Of a stretch of DNA of 64,000 bases, positions 1 through 21,100 are shown one piece after another. The stretch covers positions 78,570-142,569 of the forward strand of contig NMRA01000021.1 in NCBI GenBank assembly GCA_002633005.1. The letters run 5' to 3'. The notes beneath the pieces were generated by a model, which ran no database searches, was not told the DNA's origin, and was given only the letters and a program-made list of their open reading frames with translations. Every line of letters begins with the position of its first letter. The stretch's first letter is position 1. The stretch is from Phoronis australis (lineage: Eukaryota > Animalia > Phoronida). The translations under genes and the position numbers were made by a program.

Positions 1-9301
<9,301 letters not shown>

Positions 9302-9992
9302 TGTGCTTCCACCGTTTCGCTGTACTTGTCAGTTAACGCGAAGAATTTATGTTGATTTACAACTGCGGCGGTTTCAATTATCAGAAATATCTTCAGTGAG
9401 AGAAGTAGTCTACATATGCATACTTGCTATGAGAAACACAATCGATGACTTTCAATAGTATATAGTCATCGATATTTTGTCAACACACACAAGTGGGGCT
9501 TATCGATTATCAATATTTCAATTGTTTAGTGTACGTAAGGACAGGACTTCACTTAAGGTCCTAGTCATATTATTATGTATTATTAATTATCCGCTTGATG
9601 CGTCGTTTTCGCAAAATGTGGACGCCTGGTCAACTGTGGACACTAATATAATAAAGTTCACGTATATTTATGGACTGACTGTACTTCGGGAGCAAGTTTT
9701 CTGTTATACAGAATTTGTTGAATGCACGACACTTTTCATTGTTCACGGTCTTTAGTCCGTTGCGTTCATACTTTCTGAACAAAACTCTACTCTCTACTGA
9801 ACATAGATACAGTAACTGACCTAGCGACATAATTAAAAGACACACGATATTTCGAAACATACTTGTTTCATTCTCAAGTGAAGATAAAATGACGCAGTAA
9901 TGCCACCACAGAGTATAAGCTGACGACACACACAGTGAGACACGGCTGGTGTGAAATACTGCAAAGAATGACTAAAGAATTGGGGTAACAGG

Positions 9993-10114
9993 AAAGTCAC
10001 GCAAACAAGTGTAACGTGCGGCGCGACCCTGTTTGCTGCTCATTCAAAATAGGCTTATTTTGAATGAGCAGCAAACAGGGTCGCGCCGCACGTTACACTT
10101 GTTTGCGTGACTTT
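9993..10114. repeat. 122-bp near-perfect palindrome
   Basis: 59-bp arm AAAGTCACGC...CATTCAAAATA, a GGCT centre, then the exact reverse complement. Confidence 0.97.
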
Positions 10115-11219
10115 AACTTGGTCAATATTTAATATTAACTTCGTGGATCAAACAATTAAAAAGTAAACAACAAGAAGTTAAACTTTGTAACAAATTCCCT
10201 GGACAGTGAATCCGGTAACGGCCCATCCTCGCGTGAAAACTGTGCCTCGCTAAATTTCTTGGAGGAGGAAGAGGCTTGACAAGGGTGTCACACCCAGGCG
10301 AGAAACGTACGGTGTAACAAGACAAAAATGTTTTCATTTTTAATTGAATAACTGCCGAGACGACCAGGAGAGAATTGGGCAAGTTTTTAAACAATGACCG
10401 CAAAAAGGAACAGCTCGTGGCGTTGAAAGCGAAGGACACGGAGTAGAATGTGTTAGCTAGTTGTCACTCCAAATGTCAACGTCTGCTTAGCCCTCAATGG
10501 TGTACCAGGAGGAAGCGGGAGGGTGGACCACCTCGTATGCAACACCTCAATTTTAGATCTCTCTCTTGCCGTTACCAACGTTTGCCAATACAGAATGTAA
10601 AAAGACTCCGACGCACAACACGAAACATTGCCGTTGATAGGATTATTGCCGGCCTGGCGGATAGTACGTTGCCACCCATTCTGTGCTGTCTCGTGTATCT
10701 AAGATAGTTTCGAAAGGATACCGAACCCGGTTTTAACCTATTAAGAGATACAAAAAAACGACTTTCCCATTCAGTTCTCTGAAACAAAATGAAGCTCTGT
10801 AACCCTGGATATCCATCAAAAGCTTCTAGGAAAGTTTGAAAACTCCTTTCAAAATCTGTGGAAAAGGGCCACCTACCAAGGACCGTAATAACCACTTTGT
10901 GACATAGGGAGTATGAGTTTTTAGTGGACTCCTGCTTTTATCTTTCAAGATTGGCGCCAATGATACATTAGCAGACGACAGAACGAGGACTGGTTGAAAT
11001 CTTCAAAACAGTCTTTAGTATCCTGCACTATAAAACATTCTAAAAATTACAGGACACCAACCCCCCCCCCACCCCCCAATACCCTTGTGGTATGCCCAGT
11101 AGAATCAAAATGTACAAGACTGTTAAGGAACTCTTGGACATGATGGAATGGTTATGATTCTTAATTATGAAAACTTAAAGTGAACATTCAGATAAATCCT
11201 AAGCCTAAAATTGTAAAGA

Positions 11220-12063
11220 CAGTGGCGGATCTAGGATATCACAAGGGGGGGCCAACATTTTGACGGGCTGTAAGCATTTGCGCCAACCACGATTGTTGAT
11301 GCGTATAACACCGAATGGGGGGAGGTCGGGAGGTGGGGTTTGCCCCCCTCCCGCCCAGGAAATTTTTCTGTTTTTTCCTCTAAAAATCCAGCATTTTCCT
11401 TGATTCCTGAAGTATTATCCAAGAAAAAAAAGCAACAAAAAAAAAAACAAAACAAGAACGTGTCAATCAGGAAACACTGCACGTTCCACAGACTCGTACT
11501 CACGACCTGGCGCATAGAGCGCGCATGCTTAACCACTACACCACCACGATTTAACTAGTAGACTGTTCCTGAGAGACCTACTTGTTTACGGTCCACAGCG
11601 TTTGCGCGCGAAACCTACTTCTCTTTGTAATCCTTATCACATGTTTTATATTTTGTGCAATCGGTTCTTAACAAATTTGTTGTATTTAAAATAGTCTTCA
11701 AATGCCCAAAAGACCAAATCTGTTTTTCGTGTTGGCAATAATGACGGGATTGCTTTGGAAATCGTCTTAAGTTAAGGTTTGACAAAGAGAGAATTATGAG
11801 TTTCTGAGTGATTCAATAAGGCTTCGATTATAATTCACATCTTACCAACAGCTTCTGTTTTTTCATCGTCAGTCAGGTTCCATTTTCTTTAAAAAATGAA
11901 GTAAATTTTCTTCATAGCACAGTGGAGCAGACGACGGAAACGGGGTCGTAGTGCGCAGCGCCACTGCCGGTCGCCTGGGATATCGCGGGAGAGCCTATAC
12001 TTAGCCATAGTTCCGTTACGAATGCGCTGTGTTCCNGGCCCCCCCCCCCTAAATCCGCCTATG
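11220..12063. mobile_element. Non-autonomous hAT-like element with 5-bp TSD
   Basis: Ends CAGTGGCGGATCTAGG...GGGGGGGCC and GGCCCCCCC...AAATCCGCCTATG; AAAGA directly on both flanks. One N inside. Confidence 0.65.
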
Positions 12064-14319
12064 AAAGAAGGTGTTACTTTACCGGCACGTGTTCATTTGA
12101 AAGGTGCGAGTGTTCGTTTGTGAGGTTGCTTACAAAAAGCTATACAATTTTCTATCACACTGTTTATTAACGTGCGGACATTTAGTTTGTGAGCAGTGAT
12201 TCAACAATTCCATGAAAGTGACGGTGACGACGATTATTAAAAACAAGCAAAAACATAAAATTAAATTTAAACAAACCTAAGCTATATGCAATGAGTGAAA
12301 ATAATTGCAGCAACGTGTAACACAATACAATTAAATCAGAGATCTCTCTAATGATATGGTCTAACATAGGAGTGCCATTTTTTGCTATTTGCTCGCTTGA
12401 CAACAACAGTGAGTGCACGTGAGGACGCGTCGGGTTGCTGGCCTCGTGCCAGTACCGACTGAGATCCTGGCTACATACGGCGATAACTCAAATATGATTT
12501 CATAAACGACTGTTGTATACAACTAATCGGATTGTGTAGATAGTTGTTCAGAGACGTCTTTTCGAATTAAAAATTCGCACGCAATTGGTCGCTTGAGAGT
12601 ACATAAAACTTTGCTTCGTCGTATGCGACAGTCGTAGTTCGTAAATGGAACTATAATAGACAAAACGCAAGTTTCATAATATGAACCTCGGTGTCAATCA
12701 AATGTTTCGGTTAATTAAAATTGCTGAATAGTTGGTTTAACCTTTTTGATTGATGTTGAATGATTTTGAATTGCAGCTAGATAAGTTTTAAACTTTTCCA
12801 AAAATACGTTATGGTCGTTAGCATTTGATTGCCACTGGGGTCACCGATTATTTTCTTTCTTTCTTTATTGTTAGAGAATGCAAAAACAAGAGGCTTTTTA
12901 CCCGAACCAAACATCGTGATACATTTTGACGTACACTCAATTTTGGTGTAATTTGAATTCAACATTCTAATTCGCCAAACTGGGGTCCAGTAACTTTAAC
13001 TGTTTATACAAATGACTGATGTTTTAGCGTATCCACTTCATTTCAGGTATAAACGTATCAAAACGGACTTTAAAGCAAATCAACATAGTGAAACCTTTCA
13101 ACAGGACGTTACAGTTTTCAAAATACACAGCCTGAACATAGAGTTTATTAGACAGATGTTTAATATTTTAATTTCCGTAGGTGTAGTAGCAAAATTCTCG
13201 ACTAAAATTGAACGGCATCTAAGTTCACTTTGTATTTTAAGGTTATGTAGGAACATATTGACAAGTATGTATTTGCCGAGTATACAACTATAGGTCTTAA
13301 TTCAGTAAAAATATGAAATATGTATTTTCTGCCAGTAGAAAGTCTTCAGAATCACAATATCTCGTTAGAATTATAAAACTTTCGAAATTGTTTATCAAGC
13401 TTATTTCGCACGACGAACTCTTTACAGTGGAGATTTTGCAAAGCGATCACATTTTATTGAACTTCGTTGTCATGCAAAAGTAATTGTTTGAAGTTGGGAT
13501 AAGCATTAGGGAACATTTTAGACTTCACGAAATTAACAAAGCACCTGTGAAGCCTACAGAAGCAATATTTGACCCTATGTTCTTACTTGAGGTAGAAGCT
13601 TGCCATAGCCACACTTATGTGTCTAGCACAGTATGAACACAGAGGCTATTGCGAGTAAATAAACTCTGAAATAACCCATGTTGGCATTGGCCTCGTTAAA
13701 TAAGTTCAATCTAGAAATATTTTAAGGAATTCGATTGAAATACTTACGTCTCGTTTCTGCTGAAGTTCTGAACTCGATAAAGATTGAGACTGGCTTAAAA
13801 AAGCTAGAGCACAAAATGCCGCCATTGCTTTGCTGTATTTTGGCGAAAGCATTCACTTCCGCTCAGACTGCAAATCGCTCAACGTTAGAACACTCATTTC
13901 CTTAAGGAAATGACCATCACAGTATCCATTAAAATTAAAATTTTGTTTTCGCTCGCGCGACCAACAGTTCATTAAGCCTACGTGTGCAACTCAAAATATT
14001 TTATTTAAAATCGGAAAAAACAATTTCCGCTTGTTACAAAATTTTTTTTCCAAAACATGTCCACGAAATGTAGAAAAATGTAAATTTTTCATTGATCGAT
14101 TTCCCCACTTCAAAAGACCAAAATTTTGGAAGGTGAGAACAGACGGCGAAATACATTGTAAACCTAGCAACGATCTTTAGAATGAGGTAAAGATAAATAT
14201 TTGCGTTGTAAATAATAAAGAATAAATGTTTTCTTCGCTGTAAATAAATACGCAGCTTATCTATGTGAAACTAGTAAATAAATTAAAATACATGTAACAC
14301 CTTGGCAACAGCAAGAAGG

Positions 14320-15408
14320 TCAATTAAATTTTACTACCCGCTTTCTTGCATTGCTAACGTCCTGTGCTTGTCCGATGACTTTCATTTTCCGCAGCGCGTG
14401 CGGAATTTTCGTTTGTGCTAAACTGTGCAATTTTTGTCTTCTCATCTGGCTTATTGATTGCATACATTCCTCCTCTTCCTGAACACTTTTCTTTCTTGCC
14501 GCGAACACAGGATTCGACAAAATTTCAGCTTTCAAATCAAAAGAAGGCTCGCAAACAGTTTCAACTATTTTATGTCCCTGCTTAGTCTCCTCTTCGACCT
14601 CTTCTTCATCAGACTTTTCGGATATCTCTGTCAGCTGTCGATTTCCGAACCCTCTTCCTCTCATGGCATCTCGTTTGTTCACTACCGGAGTAGGAACCGG
14701 TTCTTCCACTGGTTTTTCTTCAACTTCCGGTTCAAAAAACCGATTGATTTTGTCTTTCATTTGATTGCACTTTTCTTGTTCCTCCTTTTGTCTTTGTTTG
14801 ATTTCCGGAAGCTGAGGTCGCCGTTTGATATGTTTGAAAAAATCTTCGTCATCCAGATCTTTGAAATGATATGGATGCTTTTTCACCGGAACCTTCATTG
14901 TCGGCAGAACTGGTAAAAGAGGCGAAATTGTCGAAGCAATAGACGGTCTCCGCATTGTCATCGGGTACATAAATTGGTCAGGAGGTTTATGATACTCTGT
15001 TACAATTTTTGGTAAAACTAGTTTGCCTTTGGTTACAGCCTCATCATGTTTCATGTTTGATTTGTCAACCTCTGCATCTTTCTCGTCTTCCGGTAACACG
15101 TGACTTTCGTCTTCTTTCTTCTGCACTGGGTTTGGAAGTAAAGATACAGCCTTTGCTATTCTCTGAAATTCACATTGGGTCAGAAGATCTTCACACGGTT
15201 TAATATTCTTTCTCGTGCGCTTCAATTCTCTCAGCTTCTTTTTCACCATTTGCTGATCCAATCGTATCTCGCGTTTCACCAGTTGTTTCTCCAAATTCAG
15301 CTTGTACAACGCCAAAGCGTGTTGTCGTTGCGCCGACGTGTTCATGACTGTAGCTTTCTGGTCGTCAAATTGTAACACTTCTCCTTTTGGTGGTTTAATC
15401 TGTTTCAT
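14320..15408 (-). CDS. Uncharacterised 362-aa K/E-rich protein with N-terminal coiled coil, single coding exon
   Basis: Long uninterrupted ORF with protein-like composition and no TE motifs. Helical charged N-terminus (LNLEKQLVKREIRLDQQMVKKKLRELK) and acidic low-complexity stretches. Confidence 0.75.
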   Translation of the reverse strand: MKQIKPPKGEVLQFDDQKATVMNTSAQRQHALALYKLNLEKQLVKREIRLDQQMVKKKLRELKRTRKNIKPCEDLLTQCEFQRIAKAVSLLPNPVQKKEDESHVLPEDEKDAEVDKSNMKHDEAVTKGKLVLPKIVTEYHKPPDQFMYPMTMRRPSIASTISPLLPVLPTMKVPVKKHPYHFKDLDDEDFFKHIKRRPQLPEIKQRQKEEQEKCNQMKDKINRFFEPEVEEKPVEEPVPTPVVNKRDAMRGRGFGNRQLTEISEKSDEEEVEEETKQGHKIVETVCEPSFDLKAEILSNPVFAARKKSVQEEEECMQSISQMRRQKLHSLAQTKIPHALRKMKVIGQAQDVSNARKRVVKFN

Positions 15409-18170
15409 CGTTCACCATCGCTATAGCACATGCATCTACATTGCAAACATTTCAGGTGATGTAGTGGGCTTTCACATCCAAACCACCAAACACAAAGTCT
15501 TATGCTGTTAGGCACTTTCGAGCTGCCCGGCGGTGGTGTCCATGATCGCTCACGGTGTCACGTCATAACCACAAAGTCGCCTTTCAGAAATATCCGTACC
15601 GATTCACATATTTATCTTGATCCTTTATGACAGATCTCATTAATAGTCTTAATATTTTCTTGGTCGTAATCCGGGATTATAAAATATGAACTTAGTATGC
15701 CTATAACCGTCGACTTAGGCCATCAAATCTGACCTTATGCTTGGAGGTCGGTCTCGTTGTTAGCAGTGGGTCGTTAAGCAGGCATAAAATATCTATTGAA
15801 CCTGGGCAATAATTTTACCGTATCAACATCCTCTATTGTCGAAAGCCTTTCACGGATGTTTTTATTCTCCCCTGGGTCCGTAAGTTTATTTGGAATTATG
15901 GTTGTGTTATAAGAAATGAAAACATTATATCGTTATAAGTAGTCCGACTACATAAAAGAGTTACAATAATCGTGCACAAGTGCATTAATAATTCGTCGAA
16001 AAGCCTCCGTTTAGTGTAAACAATTATTTTTCTCTGACCATAATTCGCACTCACTTATTAGCAGCATGCTAGTGTAGGGTCTCTGTTATAAAAATATGTT
16101 TGTTAGAAAATGGTCAATTGAAGTCTCACGGGATCATATTCCATTTTCTTATTTTCTTTCTTCAAAAATGTTCAAAAATGTTCATATAATAGGAGAACTC
16201 TGAAAGCGCACGTGAAAGGAGTCAACAAATTTATATAGATATTATTTATAAGTATCATACCATGTATGCAAATATTGTTAAAACAAATAAACAAACGAAC
16301 AAATAACACAAAAACATTCAGGTCTTTACGAAACACAGGTGAATAACAAAGGTGTAAACAACACATTGTTTCCTCGGCAAACGTAATGGAAACATATCAC
16401 TTATTTAATACGAATAAACAAGATCTGTAAACTCTACACTTTCCAGAAATAAAAACGTCTAATATCAAGCAAATCAAATACTTGGCCTCTCACACTTGTA
16501 ACATCGGCCTCCAAAAGTGCCCTTGCTGTGACAGGACTACGCTTCTGTTACCATAAAGAACATTCAAGACCAAGGGATTTATCTCCGAACTTACTGCCAG
16601 ACTCAGCCTTTAAACTTAAAACTGCGCTTCGCATAATTTTGCGGGTAAAACGCGAAAATGGAATTAGGCCTTTCACTCTTATAAAATCGGCGTTATAATA
16701 TTAGTTCAATGGCGATAGTATTCTTTTTTCGGTTACCAACTCAAGTTTTAATGCGTAGCTTTGAACATTCGCCGGTGGATAATATTTATTTACTATAGTA
16801 TGTTGAATAGAACACCAACATGTCTGGGTGTTGTTCGTAACTGTTTGAACTGGGGATTCTCGCAGTGACGAAGGCGAAAGTCAGGCAATAAGCCTAACAG
16901 ATCATTACGTTTGACAATTTATCACTTAAGTGTTGTGAGAGTAATGGTTTTGACGTATTACATCAACTACCGTAACTATATGTTTTGACGGTCAATATAG
17001 TTGTAAAAAGAACCCCTGTAAAAGTCGCCTATTTATTTGTTAGACGATTGTTTAATTGATTGGTTGAATCGATTGAATTTACTTTTATTATTATGACAAG
17101 CATAAAACAGAACATATTTCGTTGCCCCGGTGACGGTATGGCTTGTGTTTTTTAAAGCTAAAATACTACTAATTCTAGTCTGCAGGTCAGAGGAGGAAAA
17201 CATTTCGAAATGAAATCCAACAGTGGGAATAGTAGATATCATCTCAAAGATTACATGTATACAAAATTGCCAAAACTGAATTCTTGTTGCAAAAATATGT
17301 TAAGTATTTTAATTGTTTTCAGTAACGTTCAGCATTGACATGATTCAAATATCCAAGATATTATTTAATGGTTGTAAACGAAAGACATATGGGGTTAGAT
17401 CTAGCAGTAGGATATGTTCTGGAACGCAGTATAAACTGAAAAAAACAGAGATCTAAAAAGCAAGATCTAAAGCAGTCATGTTTATTCATTATGTTAATCA
17501 TTAGAATTTTGAAAATCTTTTGCGGCCCAATAACATCAAAATTTTGAGACATATAGTCAGAGGCCAAAAGAAAATTAGCGGACCATAAAATTGCGAGTCA
17601 CTACTGACCCGTGGCTTGAGTTGGTGGTTCATTCTGCAACAATTCAAGATCAGATGAGCGTGGTAATGTTTTTATAACCCCAAAGTGCTTCAGATAAGAA
17701 TTCAACATGGCTGCGAAGTGACCGTTTAATTTACTAAATCTTTTTATCAACTGAGAGTAGATCATGTAAATTTCATGGGCACGTCGTAGAGGTTCAATCA
17801 TAGAACGAATAGTTTTATTTGGCTTTCTTTTCGGTGCAGCTACAACGGTCAGATGTTGGCCTTAAATTAGGACTTACAAGTACGTCGTTTTGTTGAATAT
17901 TTGAAGTTACATATGCGTGGCTGACAGCTTTTAACGGACAAAAAAAAAACGTCCTACCAGTTCCAGATGGGTTGATTATAAGAACAAAAGAAATAATCAG
18001 GAGCAAAAAATTCAAGTCCTGCATCCGAGGCTACGAAAGTACCCGAGGGGTTCCGAATACGAGCGAGTGGTGGCGCTCAAGTAGTGTAAATAGTCTCCGC
18101 TAGGCTTCGCGGCAAGACATGTGCATGCAGGGTTCGAATGAACGCGGGTCCCACGTTGTGAAAAGTTCAA

Positions 18171-21100
18171 ATGCAACGAGACTTCAGGTTTCTGTGCGTT
18201 GCATACATTTTGTCCTTGTTGCAGGACTAAGTACTTGACTAATTCCGAGTTCTCCTCGGATCGTTAATATTCTTAGTTTTCACTCTCAGTCTAGGCCAAT
18301 GCCAACGCTCGTTGACTGTGCCTGAACTGACTTTCCACTCAGTCAAAGTCAAAGTCAAAGTCAAGACCCATATCCATGGCGAAGAAGTGTCAGAGACGGG
18401 GATCAGTGAAGAATCTTCCGTCTATGCCCGGTCGAGTCCATTGTCTCACTGTTGTTCAAAATCCCTGGAACTGGTCTTGTTTTTATTTCAACATACACCG
18501 TCATATATGACGTGCTGAGACTGAGTGTAGGCTACTGTAAAAAGCCCTGTGCCTGTGACTGTGGCTGGTAGCCAGCTTGCAGGGCGGGGTTACTGTAGGC
18601 AGTACGTCATCTGTGGACAGATGGATGATGTAACCGAAGAGTTGTCCTTCATGAATGGGGATAGTCCCACTATCATAGTGTTCTACAGGGGGTAATCATT
18701 GCATTTTCTCTTGTCAGTGATTGACGAAGCAATTGGCATTGTTTCTGATTCTTATGTCATTCGGTTTATGTGCTTCCATGGAATCATATGAGCCTCTGTT
18801 AGCTACTCGCTAATGCGTAATTGCTGGTTTTATCGGGGTTGCTGGTTTGATTCCCGGGCCGAGTGATCTCTGCAATTACTGCAACAACGTGAGTAGTTCA
18901 GGTTTGCCTCTCAGGCAATTACTTCAATACATGAGGTATGGTTTAAAAAGCACAACATAAGCTGCTGTGATCAGAATCAGATCAGAGTTTGGTGGCTCAA
19001 TGGGTGTATTGCCCATTTTCTTCATGGCAATTCATCACGCAGTCTCGTCTCTCTGTTCACATCATCACTGACAGTAAGAGTCTCCATCAGCTCTCTTTGT
19101 TGTCTTGCTGCATACAACACACTGTTCCAAGCCTCCAACCTGGTTACAGAGTACGGTACTTCCCTAAGTGGTTTGTATGTGGCCCTCCTGAGTCCTCTGT
19201 GTATTGGCCATACAAAAAGTCCGAGCTTTTCTTCAGCGTAGAAATACGCTCAAAGATTAAACCCACCAGTTCAGTCGTTATGCAACAAATTTTGTATTTT
19301 GAGCTACTCTTTGTAACAGTTGATTGAATGTTGCCTGTACATGTATTATGAGGGTGTTCAGATATTTTATCCCATGTTTAAAGTTATGTACTAGTAAGAC
19401 CGTATAAATTGTACATATTTGGCTAACTTGGGAACTTCACATCTCAGAAATGGCTAGTTGTATTCTTATGAAACTTTGAGATACTAATTGCTCTACAAAG
19501 TGCTATTAATATTTTTACTTAAATGTTTTTATGTTGTTTTGCCACGAAAGCCCTTTTTTGTTAAATTTCACTAAAGACATGGCCATGTGACATAATTAAT
19601 GGCAGATTGGTATAAAGTCAAACATTGAAATTTGGCAGACTTTCTACTTTCAGAAAACATATGTATACTTTTTACCGAGTCAAAAACGATATTTTTTGTA
19701 ATTAGTTCCAAGTCTAAACACACAGACTTGTCCTACATAACCTTAAAAAACGTGTTAGTAAAGACTGAGCTTTTTTATGTGTTACAAGGCTCCAGTGGCT
19801 GACAATCGAGCATTGCACATAGTTGTCTCCTACTCGTCTGAGCTTGGGTCTTGTGAGTGACTGTATGCAAGGGATTGACTAAGAACCAGGATATAATGCG
19901 AAAGTGATTTCTGGGGTTGTGCTCATATTAAAAAGGCTTGCTGGGTTTTGATGACTTGTTTTTGTCATGCAGTTGAATGTTGCCAAAAATAATTGCCAAA
20001 ATTGGTTGTTTTTCATTTTTCAAAAGCTTGTAACATTGATATGCTAGCCGAAAGTTTCTCAGATGTCATCTTTGTTATAGAACTTAGTGTGATAAAACCT
20101 CTGTTTTATGACTGTCTTAAATGAAAAGTGAAGGAATAAAGTTTCATTTGTCTGCTGTATTGCGTCCTAAATTGGTGACATCTTACTATGTCTTCCATAT
20201 GTAGAAAAATAGCAACCACGTTTCTATAGCGACTGTGATTTGTGCTTTACATAATTTTAGAACCCATATCAATTAAAGTGATGCCTGGAGTTAAGCAAAT
20301 AAACCTAGATTGCTCCACTGCTGTGTGGTTAGCGAGTATTATCTGTGGTTCAGTTGTTTAATGTTTTGTTATTAGTGGGCTTCCTAATTTTTGTCCCAAC
20401 TTATTTTATGTTTTTGTGTTTTTTTCAGGTTAGTTCACTTGGACTTGAAAGGTGCTCCACCTAGAGTATCCTATTACCATGAGGTAAGTTCAGTTTTCCT
20501 AAGATGGAACATTACAAACTTTCTCTGATGCTGTGGCTATTCCAGAAAATGAGCAGTGCGGAAAATCTATTGTTGAGTGGTCATGTTAGCTTATTGTCTG
20601 CGATTTTACCTTATACGTCTATTTTCTTCCTTTCTTCTGAGATTCAGAATAACCTAAAACCCAGTGGACACCTACTGTACAAACTATTAGAGAGAGACGC
20701 TGTGTTTCAAGGGAGACTTGGGGACTAACAGATTTTACGAACTGTAAGAGAAATCACCGTACTTTTGTCCATGGTAATAGTGAAGTGTAGAACCACAGGC
20801 AGGATGGGTAAGGTCGTATCAATGATTGGGCAATTGGGCATACCGCGAAATAAGAAATTCACAATCGGTAACATTTTTGTCTATTAATTTTGCAGATTTT
20901 CCCTTTATTCAAAGAATGGGGAGTTACAGGACTTCTGATTGAGTATGAGGACATGTTCCCATATAAAGATGACTTCAAGTGCTTACAGGCCCCATATGCC
21001 TACAGGTATGGGGTATGGGGACAAATGAAGAACAGTTAGTGTTGGTGTTAACTAGTTATTGATTTATGTTTGTGGAAAACTTTATATTTTATCTAATTAT

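Noticed and set aside
14458-14916. 152-aa Phe-rich plus-strand ORF
   Set aside because: Antisense shadow of the K/E-rich minus-strand ORF.
18621-18691. Alternative first coding exon of HEXD
   Set aside because: Phase-compatible, but 18171-18187 restores the family-typical R before LVHLDLKG; cannot be settled without RNA-seq.
19640-19746. Similarity to 49183-49286 suggesting a regulatory link between the HEXD intron and the TE pile
   Set aside because: Both look like ends of a common TTAA-terminated non-autonomous repeat family.
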